This document shows positions 46,399-55,659 of a DNA stretch of 64,000 bases, one piece after another. How positions within the stretch are numbered: position 1 is the first letter of the stretch; the number at the start of each line of letters is the position of its first letter. Made by a program: the position numbers and the translations under genes. The stretch comes from an uncultured bacterium (GTDB lineage: Bacteria > Patescibacteriota > Saccharimonadia > UBA4664). Location of the stretch: positions 5,916 to 69,915 of the forward strand of contig CAVRET010000001.1 in assembly GCA_963720265.1 (NCBI GenBank). The letters run 5' to 3'. The notes under the pieces were generated by a model. That model saw only the letters and a list, made by a program, of their open reading frames with translations. It was not told the DNA's origin and ran no database searches.

Positions 46399-47448
46399 CT
46401 AGTCTAGGTATTCGCGCAAGGGATCAGCTCGGCTGGGATGGCGAAGCTTGCCCATGGTCTTGCTCTCGATTTGCCGGATGCGTTCGCGGGTGACCCCCCA
46501 GACTTTCCCACACTCATCGAGCGTATGCGGCTGGCCGTCGGTCAGGCCGAATCGCATCTCGATGATTGACGCCTCGCGTTCGGTCAACGTGTCGAGAACC
46601 CCTGCCAGCCGTTCTTGGAGCATTCTGAACGCTGCCGCCTCGAGTGGCTCCGTCGCGTCCGTATCCTCGATAAGGTCGCCAAGCACCGTTTCGCCGTCTT
46701 CTCCCAGCGGCGTGTGGATCGACACTGGTTCCTGGGCGATTCGCCGGATTTCGATTACACGCTCAGGCTCGAGGCCCATCTCGGCGGCAATTTCTTGCTC
46801 GTTGGGCTCGCGCCCGAGCTCTTGGTGCAGTTGTCGCCGAACACGCTCCATCTTGTTGATGATCTCGACCATGTGCACCGGCACCCGGATGGTGCGTGCC
46901 TGATCGGCCATGGCGCGCGTGATGGCTTGCCGAATCCACCACATGGCGTAGGTCGAGAACTTGTAGCCCTTCGTGTAGTCGAATTTGTCGACCGCGCGGA
47001 TAAGGCCGAGGTTGCCCTCCTGAATGAGGTCGAGGAAGAGCATGCTGCGATCGCTGTATTTCTTGGCCACGGATACAACCAGACGCAGGTTGGCCTCGAG
47101 CATGTGCGCTTTGGCGCGTCGGCCGTCCTCGGCTATCAGCTCGAGGTCGCGCCGGAAGTTCTCGTCCAAGCCGGTCGCGGTCTCCAGTTTGTGCTCGGCG
47201 TACAGCCCGGCCTCAATTCGTTTGGATAGATCCACCTCTTGCTGGGCTGTGAGCAAGGAAGTGCGGCCGATCGCCTTGAGGTAGGTGTGCACCGAATCAC
47301 CCAAGGCGGGCGTTTGATCGTCGAGGTCAACCTCAGTGAGTCGGTCGGCTTCGGCAAGGGCGGCAGCTTCAGCCTCGAGGCTTGCCGCGTCAGCGAGGTC
47401 AAAATCAGCGTCGCCATCGGGCATTTGGCTCATGATGCCTCTTCTCAA
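46399..47448 (-). CDS. rpoD: Primary-type RNA polymerase sigma factor (RpoD/SigA family, short N-terminus)
   Basis: Region 2 ([12 protein letters not shown]…[37 protein letters not shown]), RpoD-box [10 protein letters not shown], and regions 3 and 4 present. 349 aa. Confidence 0.85.
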   Translation of the reverse strand: MRRGIMSQMPDGDADFDLADAASLEAEAAALAEADRLTEVDLDDQTPALGDSVHTYLKAIGRTSLLTAQQEVDLSKRIEAGLYAEHKLETATGLDENFRRDLELIAEDGRRAKAHMLEANLRLVVSVAKKYSDRSMLFLDLIQEGNLGLIRAVDKFDYTKGYKFSTYAMWWIRQAITRAMADQARTIRVPVHMVEIINKMERVRRQLHQELGREPNEQEIAAEMGLEPERVIEIRRIAQEPVSIHTPLGEDGETVLGDLIEDTDATEPLEAAAFRMLQERLAGVLDTLTEREASIIEMRFGLTDGQPHTLDECGKVWGVTRERIRQIESKTMGKLRHPSRADPLREYLD

Positions 47449-47572
47449 AATGTCAGGTAGATACGAATCTACTGTGCAACGAGTTGATACAGAATATCAC
47501 ACGATTAGGCAAAAGGGGAATAAGAACGAGAATCGGCCCACAGGCGCGGCATGAGCCGATTCCCGTGAGCCG

Positions 47573-48208
47573 TTACAGCCACCAGACCCAGACCCATTTC
47601 GGCAGCAAGCGCTTGATGATGCGGCGTATTAGCAAGCGGCGCTGGACGAGGAACGCGATCCGCCAGGCTGTGACGCGCGACCACCGGTTGGTGTAGGTCA
47701 CGTCTGCGGCGTGTGATCCGAGCCACATTTCGTCGCTGGCGTGGGCTAGACGCCCGGATATCTCTTCAGGAGTTTCGCGGCCTCGTCCGGTGAGCCGCCT
47801 TCTGAGGAATCTGATGCGACGGGCTTCGGTCCGGCCGGCCGGCTTAAGATTCACGATGAGCGTGTTTCTCGGGAACCGTCTCCGCACATCGAGTGCCGTC
47901 GTGATGATCACCTCGAGGATGATACAGAGGTGGTGTTCTTCGGGGACGATATCGAAATACCGCCGTCCGCCGTATTCCCCGTATGTGAGCAGCTCGTGCG
48001 TTGCGATGAGGCGATCGCACTCATCGAATGTACGGAAGTGGTATTCCCGGCCGTCTTGCTCGCCGTTTTTACACGGCCGGTCGGTGTAAGAGACCAGGAG
48101 GGTCAGCCAGAGCAGTATCCGTCGCAGGTACTTGATCGTTGTGCCCTTACCGCAGCCGGAAGGGGCGACGATCACCAGAATCAGATCTGGTTTCATGGAA
48201 TCAATCAC
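47573..48208 (-). CDS. gmk: Guanylate kinase (the 3' ~35 codons give an odd Trp/Arg-rich tail, so the end is uncertain)
   Basis: P-loop APSGCGKGT. S-x-T-x-R-P…GE.DG.EYHF and the YGEYGGRRY motif. The C-terminal …RIIKRLLPKWVWVWWL is atypical. Confidence 0.65.
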   Translation of the reverse strand: MIDSMKPDLILVIVAPSGCGKGTTIKYLRRILLWLTLLVSYTDRPCKNGEQDGREYHFRTFDECDRLIATHELLTYGEYGGRRYFDIVPEEHHLCIILEVIITTALDVRRRFPRNTLIVNLKPAGRTEARRIRFLRRRLTGRGRETPEEISGRLAHASDEMWLGSHAADVTYTNRWSRVTAWRIAFLVQRRLLIRRIIKRLLPKWVWVWWL

Positions 48209-48322
48209 CCTCTTCGTTGAGGTTTTCGCTTTACCAGGCCTGAACTTCGCATCGAACCGGCGCTTGCCGGCAGAATTGATTTACAAACGGTAACCTCAGA
48301 CGGCTACAGAGTCAAGTCGTTC

Positions 48323-48351
48323 TTGCCGCAACGGGTGATTTCTGGTACACT
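48323..48351 (+). promoter_or_regulatory. Candidate promoter (TTGCCG-N17-TACACT) plus a structured leader upstream of rpsB
   Basis: The hexamers were read directly. The leader contains CCCGGGC…GCCCGGG nested inverted repeats (possible S2 autoregulatory structure). Confidence 0.3.
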
Positions 48352-48435
48352 TGGCAGGTTAAATTGTATTAATGACACAACCCGGGCGTGAGTCCTCCCG
48401 CAAGCGGGTGGCCCGGGCGAAGACGGAAGGATTTC

Positions 48436-49167
48436 ATGGCAGACGTAAACGTAAAAGAATTATTGGCGGCCGGTGCGCACTTTGGTCACCAAACCCGGCG
48501 CTGGAACCCCAAAATGAAGCCGTATATTTATGGCGTGCGGGGTGGCGTGCATATTATTGATCTGACGAAAACCGGGGGCCTGCTAACGACTGCGACTGAT
48601 TTTGCCAGGCAGGTTACAGCCGGCGGCGGCACTGTGCTGTTTGTGGGCACTAAGCGTCAAGCGGCACCAGTGGTGCGTGAAGTGGCTGAATCACACAATT
48701 TGCCGTATGTAACCGAGCGTTGGCTCGGCGGGATGCTAACCAATTTTCGTACCATTCGACTGCAGGTGCAGCGGCTGAAGAAACTTGAGGCCGGATTGGA
48801 AAGTGGAGATTTGGCTTCAAAATATAACAAGAAAGAGTTACTTGACTTCACCAACGAAGCAGCCGCATTGGACCGTATTTTTAGCGGTATCAAGCGTATG
48901 GATGGATTGCCTGCGGCGCTGTTTGTGGTGGATGTGCCGCGTGAAGCGATTGCGGTGGCAGAAGCTCGCAAACTGGGTATTCCGGTGATCGCAATTGCCG
49001 ACTCTAACGCTGACCCTGATCTCATCGATTACCCGATTCCGGCCAATGATGATGCCATTAAGGCAATTCGGATCATAACGAATGCCATTGCGGAAGCGGC
49101 GGCCGAGGGCGCCAAGCTCAATGCCAGCAAAGCTAGTGAGCGGGCGGCAGAGGAGGTGGCAGCGTAA
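48436..49167 (+). CDS. rpsB: 30S ribosomal protein S2
   Basis: MADVNVKELLAAGAHFGHQTRRWNPKM… is canonical S2. The ORF 48388..49167 includes an N-terminal over-extension; the start is probably the ATG at 48436. Confidence 0.9.
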   Translation: MADVNVKELLAAGAHFGHQTRRWNPKMKPYIYGVRGGVHIIDLTKTGGLLTTATDFARQVTAGGGTVLFVGTKRQAAPVVREVAESHNLPYVTERWLGGMLTNFRTIRLQVQRLKKLEAGLESGDLASKYNKKELLDFTNEAAALDRIFSGIKRMDGLPAALFVVDVPREAIAVAEARKLGIPVIAIADSNADPDLIDYPIPANDDAIKAIRIITNAIAEAAAEGAKLNASKASERAAEEVAA

Positions 49168-49751
49168 TGGCGGTAACGGCTCAGGATATTAAGAAATTAC
49201 GCGATGCAACCGGTGCCGGCATGATGAAGGCTAAGGAGGCGCTGGAGTCGGCGGGCGGCGATTTTGACAAGGCGGTGCAATACTTGCGCGAAAAAGGTGA
49301 GGCGACGGCAGCCAAAAAGGCTGATCGTGAGACTCGTGCCGGTTTGATTGAGGCGTATGTGCATGGCGGACGGATCGGCGTGCTCGTTGAAGTAAACTGC
49401 GAGACCGACTTTGTGGCCCGCACACCCGACTTCAAAGAGTTTGTACGTGACATTGCTTTGCAAGTGGCAGCGACGAGTCCAGAATATCTGGCTCCGGAAG
49501 ACGTGCCGGCCGGGATTGTGGCTGCCGAGCAGGCATTGTACACCAAAGAGGCAGCCGGCAAGCCGGAGGCGGTGGTGGGGAAGATTGTGGACGGCAAGTT
49601 GGCCAAGTTTTACGAGCAGGTGTGCTTGACACACCAGCCGTTTGTGAAAGACCCCGATATTACAGTTGGTAAACTAACGACGAATTTGATTGCAAAACTT
49701 GGTGAGAACATCGTCATCCGGCGCTATATGCGCTGGGAGCTAGGAGCTTAA
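49167..49751 (+). CDS. tsf: Elongation factor Ts (short form, 194 aa)
   Basis: ITAQDIKKLRDATGAGMMKAKEALESAGGDFDKAVQYLREKG (UBA-like N-terminus) plus a dimerisation core. Immediately downstream of rpsB. Confidence 0.85.
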   Translation: MAVTAQDIKKLRDATGAGMMKAKEALESAGGDFDKAVQYLREKGEATAAKKADRETRAGLIEAYVHGGRIGVLVEVNCETDFVARTPDFKEFVRDIALQVAATSPEYLAPEDVPAGIVAAEQALYTKEAAGKPEAVVGKIVDGKLAKFYEQVCLTHQPFVKDPDITVGKLTTNLIAKLGENIVIRRYMRWELGA

Positions 49752-49752
49752 G

Positions 49753-50316
49753 ATGCAGGTGCGCGCGGTGGTGGCAACGGCCGACCCAAAAATGGAGAAA
49801 GCGCTCGAGCACTACTCGCAGGCTGTGAAAAGCCTGCGGACGGGGCGGGCGAATACCGCCATGCTCGACGGCATCATCGTTGAGTACTATGGAGTACCGC
49901 AACCGCTCAAGGCGATCGCGCAGATAACCACGCCGGACGGGCGAAGTCTCGCTATCACGCCGTGGGATAAGGGCGCGGTGCAGTCGATAGAGAAGGCAAT
50001 TCGCGAGGACCAGGCGTTTGGTCTCAACCCAATGAATGACGGCAACATTATCCGGATTGCTGTGCCGCCGCTGACCGAAGAGCGCCGTCGGGATATTGTG
50101 AAGGCCCTCGGTGCCAAGAGCGAAGAATGCAGGGTAGCCTTACGTAACGTTCGGCACGATGTGTTGAACGAGGTGAAGCGTATGGAGAAGGCCAAAGAGG
50201 CAACGGCTGACGATGTGAAGTTTGCCGAGGCTGAGCTGAACAAAAAGATTGATCAATTTCAGAAGCGTTTGCTCGAACTTGAGGCAGCCAAGACTAAAGA
50301 CATTATGGAGGTGTAG
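49753..50316 (+). CDS. frr: Ribosome recycling factor
   Basis: Canonical RRF sequence (…LDGIIVEYYGVPQPLKAIAQITTPDGRSLAITPWDK…). Confidence 0.9.
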   Translation: MQVRAVVATADPKMEKALEHYSQAVKSLRTGRANTAMLDGIIVEYYGVPQPLKAIAQITTPDGRSLAITPWDKGAVQSIEKAIREDQAFGLNPMNDGNIIRIAVPPLTEERRRDIVKALGAKSEECRVALRNVRHDVLNEVKRMEKAKEATADDVKFAEAELNKKIDQFQKRLLELEAAKTKDIMEV

Positions 50317-51002
50317 TGTCAGAAACTCCGACTCACGTCGCGATTATTGCCGATGGCAATCGCCGATGGGCACGTGAAAGGGGATTGTCGCCGATGGAAG
50401 GGCATCGGCAGGCCTATGAACAGGTTTTCGAGTTGGCTGAGCACGTGGCCGACCGAGGCGTAAAGTACATGACTTTTTTTGCGTTTTCAACGGAGAACTG
50501 GAAGCGAGCCAAAGTTGAAGTGGACTTCTTACTCGGACTCCTCGATCGATTTGTGTCCGGCGAGGTTGACCGATTGCACGAAAAGGGCTTTCGGGTGAGA
50601 TTTTTTGGCTCGAGGAAGGGCTTAAGCGAGAAGCTGGCGACTGCGCTTGAGCGTGTGCAGGAACGGACGGCGGCTAACACCCGGGCTACTATCAACATCT
50701 GCTTTAACTACGGCGGCCGGACCGATTTGGTGGAAGCTGTGCAAAAGATAGTGCGCGAGGGCACTCCGGCGGACGAAATTACCGAAGAGACAATAACCGA
50801 GCATCTTTCCAGCGCCGGTACACCACCGCCGGATCTTGTGATTCGGACCTCCGGCCAGCAGCGGTTGAGCAACTTTTTGATCTGGGAAGCGTATTACGCT
50901 GAGCTGATGTTTTTTGATTGCAAGTGGCCGGATTTTGGCGAGACTGAGATAGAAGAGGCGTTGGCTGAGTATGGCCGGCGCCAGCGGCGCTTCGGAGCCT
51001 AA
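50316..51002 (+). CDS. uppS: Undecaprenyl-diphosphate synthase
   Basis: HVAIIADGNRRWARERGL motif. The cis-prenyltransferase family is recognisable. Confidence 0.85.
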   Translation: MSETPTHVAIIADGNRRWARERGLSPMEGHRQAYEQVFELAEHVADRGVKYMTFFAFSTENWKRAKVEVDFLLGLLDRFVSGEVDRLHEKGFRVRFFGSRKGLSEKLATALERVQERTAANTRATINICFNYGGRTDLVEAVQKIVREGTPADEITEETITEHLSSAGTPPPDLVIRTSGQQRLSNFLIWEAYYAELMFFDCKWPDFGETEIEEALAEYGRRQRRFGA

Positions 51003-51053
51003 GGCGATTTTCAGCATTCGTACAGCCTGGCATTTTAGGATAAAATACGAGAG

Positions 51054-52157
51054 ATGCTGATAGCCATTTTGATCATTCTGCTGTTTGCGAGTCTTGTGTT
51101 GATTCACGAGTGGGGTCACTTCATAATGGCTCGGCGCAACGGTGTGGGGGCCGAGGAATTCGGCTTTGGTTTTCCGCCTAGGGTGTGGGGCAAGAAAGTG
51201 CATGGCACTGTGTATTCGATCAACCTGCTGCCGCTCGGCGGATTTGTGCGTATGAAAGGTGAAGACACCGGCGATACACGGCCGGGAACATTCGGCGGCG
51301 CCAGCATTGGCGCAAAGACTAAGATACTGCTGGCCGGGGTCGTGATGAACCTGGTGAGCGCGTTTTTGATTTTGTATGTACTGTGTCTGACTGGGCTGCC
51401 GGGCCTGGGTTCGCCGTTTGAGCCAACCTTTTTACATCCCAACTACGCTCAACCCAAGCGGTTGATTTTGACCGAAGTGGAGGCGGGATCGCCGGCGGCC
51501 AAGGCGGGGCTGGTGCGCGGCGACTATGTGTTGGCCGGCGATGGCAAGACGCTTACGACTGAGACTGACCTGCAGAACTTTACTAAGGACCACGCCGGTA
51601 AATCGGTTGTGCTGACCGTGAACGCCCAGGGCGATGAGCGCAATGTAACGCTAACGCTTAGGCCGCCGAGTGCTACTACCGGTTATCTTGGTGTGGTGGG
51701 CCAGCAAGTGTACAAACTGCGGTATGACCCGCTGTCAGCATTGGCGGCGGCGGCTTACATTACGGCGGCGCTGTTTGTGGCTACGATCTGGGGCGTGATT
51801 ATGCTGATTATTAATATTCCGGCGCTGCTGGTGGGACTATTCTCGAGCTCGGTACCGGCGGCGGCGCAAAATGCGGCCGGACCTTTAGGTATCATCTTTA
51901 TTTTCAAGAGTATCTCGGCGCTTGGCTTTGCCTATATTTTCTTGTTTATGGCAAATATCGGCGTGGCGTTGGCGGCCTTTAATGTATTACCTCTGCCGGC
52001 GCTTGACGGCGGCCGGCTGGCTTTAGTGTGGTGGCAAGGAGTGACAAAGCGGCGGATCAACCCTGACACTGAGGCCCGCATTCATACATATGGCTTTATG
52101 GCTTTGATTGGGCTCATGCTCGTGATCAGTGTGTACGATTTGCGGAAGTATTTCTAA
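51054..52157 (+). CDS. rseP: Site-2 protease RseP (M50 family)
   Basis: HEWGHFIMAR (HExxH) in TM1, a PDZ-like central region and a C-terminal LDGG motif. Confidence 0.85.
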   Translation: MLIAILIILLFASLVLIHEWGHFIMARRNGVGAEEFGFGFPPRVWGKKVHGTVYSINLLPLGGFVRMKGEDTGDTRPGTFGGASIGAKTKILLAGVVMNLVSAFLILYVLCLTGLPGLGSPFEPTFLHPNYAQPKRLILTEVEAGSPAAKAGLVRGDYVLAGDGKTLTTETDLQNFTKDHAGKSVVLTVNAQGDERNVTLTLRPPSATTGYLGVVGQQVYKLRYDPLSALAAAAYITAALFVATIWGVIMLIINIPALLVGLFSSSVPAAAQNAAGPLGIIFIFKSISALGFAYIFLFMANIGVALAAFNVLPLPALDGGRLALVWWQGVTKRRINPDTEARIHTYGFMALIGLMLVISVYDLRKYF

Positions 52158-52894
52158 TGCCCAAACGACCAGTACCAGAGTTTTTGCAGGTGCCGTGGGG
52201 CGTGCGAGACGTGGTGGTGTTGGTAGTGGCGTGGTTTGGCCTGCAGATTGTGGTGGCGCTGGTGCTGGCCTGGGGACTGGCGCCGTTTGTGCCGGCAGTG
52301 GCGACGTTTGTGAAGGCTGCGAACAATGGCTCAGTTGGTCCCAATTTTGCGCTTTATCTGCTCGATGCGGCACTCGGCCTGGGCGTTGTGAGCTTGTATT
52401 TGCGCAAATACCACGTGGGGTGGAACGAAGTGGGCTGGCGCAAAGTGAACATCGGCCGGGCTTTGCTGTATCTGGTGGGCATACTGGTAGTGTTTGTGGC
52501 CTCGATTGGGATTATTTTGGGCTTGGTGTCGGTGCTGGTGCCTGGGTTTAATGCTAATCAACCGCAAACCAACGATTTCACTGGTGCTACGTCCGGCTCG
52601 GGGCATAGCCTGGCGTTGGTTGCGCTCGTGCTGTTGCCACCGGTGCTGGAGGAGACGATTTTCCGCGGCTTTATTTTTCCGGCGCTGTCTAAACGAGCCG
52701 GTGTAGTGTGGGGCGCAATTTTGTCGTCAGCGCTATTTGGACTGGCGCATCTCCAGGCCAATATTAGCGTTTATACGTTTGTGTTGGGACTCTTGCTGTG
52801 CTTTATGTACGTGCGGCTAAAGAGCATTGTGCCTGGGATTTTTGTGCACATGCTTAACAATTATTTGGCGTTTATTGCGCTTTCCTCTAAGTGA
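52157..52894 (+). CDS. CPBP-family (CAAX) intramembrane metalloprotease
   Basis: EETIFRGFIFPAL (EExxxR), FGLAHL and HMLNN motifs with multiple TM segments. Confidence 0.75.
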   Translation: MPKRPVPEFLQVPWGVRDVVVLVVAWFGLQIVVALVLAWGLAPFVPAVATFVKAANNGSVGPNFALYLLDAALGLGVVSLYLRKYHVGWNEVGWRKVNIGRALLYLVGILVVFVASIGIILGLVSVLVPGFNANQPQTNDFTGATSGSGHSLALVALVLLPPVLEETIFRGFIFPALSKRAGVVWGAILSSALFGLAHLQANISVYTFVLGLLLCFMYVRLKSIVPGIFVHMLNNYLAFIALSSK

Positions 52895-53067
52895 GAAGTG
52901 TAGATTTGACGACTGCCTGGACGAATGGTAGTGTTGCCACAAAGCTGTGAACGGGTATCCCGCCCGGGAGCTGCCGGCGATGAGCCGTGCCGGAATCTCG
53001 ACCGTAGAAATGGAGTGGCTGCATTAAGAAGCAGCTAGTAAGGCCGCAAGCGGTGACGCGCGGCAAA

Positions 53068-53141
53068 GGCAAGATGGTACCACGAGACACCTCGTTCTTG
53101 CCAAACGCAATTTTTGGCGTTTGGTGGGCACGAGTTTTTTG
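53068..53141 (+). promoter_or_regulatory. Candidate T-box-like antiterminator/terminator element upstream of the CsaA-like/proS operon
   Basis: GGCAAGA-[UGGUACC]-ACGAG-acac-CUCGU-UCUUGCC forms helix A1, a 7-nt bulge UGGUACC (matches T-box UGGNACC; N=U would pair with A73 of tRNA-Pro) and helix A2. It partly overlaps a terminator, cuugCCAAACGC-aauuuuu-GCGUUUGGuggg, followed by UUUUUU. Stem I and the specifier were not identified. Confidence 0.4.
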
Positions 53142-53154
53142 ATGGGAGCGTGAT

Positions 53155-53487
53155 GTGATCGTATACGACGATTTTGCCAAAGTGGATATACGGGTGGGCC
53201 GGGTGGTACGGGCTGAGGTGTTTCCGCAAGCCCGCAAGCCGGCTTATAAATTGCTTATCGATTTTGGGCTGGAGGTGGGTATGAAGAAATCGTCGGCGCA
53301 GATCACGCACCATTACCGGCCGGAAGAGCTGGTGGACACACTTGTGATGGGCGTGGTGAATTTGCCGCCGAGGCAGATTGGGCCCGTACGCAACGAGGTG
53401 CTGACGCTCGGATTTGCCGATGAGAACGGGGAGATTGTGCTAGCAACGCCGGAGCGAGATGTACCGCTCGGCAGCAGATTATGTTAA
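53155..53487 (+). CDS. tRNA-binding domain protein (CsaA/Trbp111-like)
   Basis: DFAKVDIRVGRVVRAEVFPQARKPAYKLLIDFG… is the OB-fold tRNA-binding (EMAP) domain signature. 110 aa; GTG start. Confidence 0.7.
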   Translation: MIVYDDFAKVDIRVGRVVRAEVFPQARKPAYKLLIDFGLEVGMKKSSAQITHHYRPEELVDTLVMGVVNLPPRQIGPVRNEVLTLGFADENGEIVLATPERDVPLGSRLC

Positions 53488-53505
53488 CGGATAAGGAGAG
53501 CTAAG

Positions 53506-54762
53506 ATGCGATTATCACAGACATTTGTAAAACCAACAAAAACGCTTGAGGGCGAAGGCGAGAGCCTGAACTATCAATTGCTAACGCGTTCGGGCATGGT
53601 TGATCAGCTGATGGCGGGCGTCTACACCTATTTGCCGTTGGGCTTGCGGGTGCTGCGCAAGATCGAGCAGGTGGTGCGCGAGGAAATGAACAGTCTCGGG
53701 GCTGAGGAGATTCTCATGCCAACGCTGCACCCCAAGGCCAATTGGGTGACGACCGGCGGCTGGGACTCGATAGACGTGCTGTTTAAGCTCAAGTCGCGAA
53801 CAGGCAATGAATACGCGCTGGGCCAGAGTGAGGAAGAGGTGGTGACGCCGCTCGTGCTATCTCGGGCGCAATCCTATAAGCAGTACCCGATTAAGGCCTA
53901 TCAGATTCATTGGAAGTACCGCGACGAGCTGCGGGCGAAATCCGGAATTATGCGCGGCCGCGAGTTTTTGATGAAGGACATGTACTCGTTCCATACCAGC
54001 CAAGAGGACTTTGACCGGTTTTACCAGGAGGCGAAAGAAGCATATCTGCGTGTTTATAAGCGGCTCGGTCTGACGGCTAAGGTGACTGAGGCTTCGGGTG
54101 GCGCCTTTTCGACCAAGATTTCGTACGAGTTCATGGTACTGACCGATGCCGGCGAAGACGACATTCTATATTGCGACAAATGTGATTTCTGCGTCAATGT
54201 GGAGATTGCCAAGGTGAAAGAGGGCGACGAGTGTCCGCGCAATAAGGACGGCAAGCTGAAATTGGCTCGAGCTAGCGAGGTGGGCAATGTGTTTGACCTC
54301 GGCCAAAAGTATGGTAAAGACTTTGAGCTCGGCTTTGTGGACGAGCACGATCGGAAGCAGTATCCGTTTATGGGTTGCTATGGGATTGGGATTTCGCGAG
54401 TCATGGGTGTGATTGTGGAAAAGTACGCCGATGAGAAGGGAATTGTGTGGCCCGAGAGCGTCGCGCCGGCACCAGTGCAACTGGTGCGGCTCGGCGATGA
54501 TGCAGCGGTGACGAAAGCGGCGGACAAGCTGTATGCCGAGCTGGAGAAGGCCGGCGTGTCCGTGCTATATGATGACCGCGACGAATCGGCGGGCGCGAAG
54601 TTTGCTGACGCCGATCTCATCGGCTGCCCAATGCGCGTGACCATGAGCCGCAAGACGCTCGGGCACGATTCGGCTGAGCTTAAGCGCCGGGACAGCGATG
54701 AGGCGAAATTGGTTAAGCTGGGTGAGGTAGTAAGCCACATACGGCCGCGGCCTGTTCATTAG
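53506..54762 (+). CDS. proS: Proline--tRNA ligase (short form without the large editing insertion)
   Basis: Class II aaRS motifs (…MPTLHP…; FLMKDMYSFH motif 2; GCYGIGISRV motif 3) and a C-terminal anticodon-binding domain. 418 aa. Confidence 0.85.
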   Translation: MRLSQTFVKPTKTLEGEGESLNYQLLTRSGMVDQLMAGVYTYLPLGLRVLRKIEQVVREEMNSLGAEEILMPTLHPKANWVTTGGWDSIDVLFKLKSRTGNEYALGQSEEEVVTPLVLSRAQSYKQYPIKAYQIHWKYRDELRAKSGIMRGREFLMKDMYSFHTSQEDFDRFYQEAKEAYLRVYKRLGLTAKVTEASGGAFSTKISYEFMVLTDAGEDDILYCDKCDFCVNVEIAKVKEGDECPRNKDGKLKLARASEVGNVFDLGQKYGKDFELGFVDEHDRKQYPFMGCYGIGISRVMGVIVEKYADEKGIVWPESVAPAPVQLVRLGDDAAVTKAADKLYAELEKAGVSVLYDDRDESAGAKFADADLIGCPMRVTMSRKTLGHDSAELKRRDSDEAKLVKLGEVVSHIRPRPVH

Positions 54763-54777
54763 TCGCATACTTTAGTC

Positions 54778-55128
54778 ATGGCACAGGAAAGCCTTGAGCC
54801 TCGGTCGGACATGAGGTTCACCGCCGAAGACGCACAGGAGTTGCATAGGATACTCGCCGAACAAGGTGATGCGCGTACATCGGCGGTTGAGGGCCGGCTG
54901 CGTCCGGGTGAGATGTGGCTGCCCGGCTTTGATCATACCCCGCGCAGCTTGGAGCCCATTGAAGCGGATGCGCGCTACCAGGCGCTAATGTCGCGGTGGC
55001 AACCGGTGCAGGATGAACTTGTGGCATCACAGGATGAGTACAGAAACTATATAACCGAACGTGATGCGGGTGTGCCTCCTGGTCGATTAAGTCAGTCGCA
55101 GCTCGATGCAAATCAGAGACGCCAGTGA
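54778..55128 (+). CDS. Hypothetical protein (116 aa), apparently co-oriented and co-transcribed with the ParB-like gene
   Basis: ORF only; acidic, no recognisable motif. Confidence 0.4.
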   Translation: MAQESLEPRSDMRFTAEDAQELHRILAEQGDARTSAVEGRLRPGEMWLPGFDHTPRSLEPIEADARYQALMSRWQPVQDELVASQDEYRNYITERDAGVPPGRLSQSQLDANQRRQ

Positions 55129-55155
55129 GAACTTAGTATCCTCATCCAAAACGGG

Positions 55156-55659
55156 ATGCGGCAGGAGCTTGAGCCGCTGCTACGCGAGCGTTTGCCGCAG
55201 TTAGCGAAATTGCCGATGTACTCGGGATCTGCAGATACGCTCGGGGATGCTCTTGGTATTCCACAACCGTTACCGACAACCGAACGAGTGCCGTACGGAA
55301 TACATGAAGTTGAGATTGAACGTATCATAGCAACGCCGAGTGCCGGCAATTGGGCGGGAATTGGCTACACAAAAGACGGGCGTGCAAGTTCAGACATAAT
55401 TGTCGGTCGTGCACTAGATATGCTAACCGGTGTCCATGACGAGACACGGCCAGGCTTGCCTCAAGTATCAATTGCGGTAGATCATCACGGCAATTATCAG
55501 TACCTGGCTTCTGACGGTACACACCGGATTGGGGGCGCCAAGCTAATCGGGCGAAAAACAATGCCGGTTCGCATAGAGAGCTTTAACTATCTATCCGGCG
55601 ATCCGATGGCGGCGCGGGTAGAGGCGGAACAGAGCGGGCCGTGGCAGCAGGCTGCTTAA
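55156..55659 (+). CDS. Standalone ParB/sulfiredoxin-like nuclease (ParBc) domain protein
   Basis: …VSIAVDHHGNYQYLASDGTHRIGGAKLIGRKTMPVRI contains the ParBc DGxHR core. 167 aa with no HTH or dimerisation domain. Confidence 0.5.
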   Translation: MRQELEPLLRERLPQLAKLPMYSGSADTLGDALGIPQPLPTTERVPYGIHEVEIERIIATPSAGNWAGIGYTKDGRASSDIIVGRALDMLTGVHDETRPGLPQVSIAVDHHGNYQYLASDGTHRIGGAKLIGRKTMPVRIESFNYLSGDPMAARVEAEQSGPWQQAA

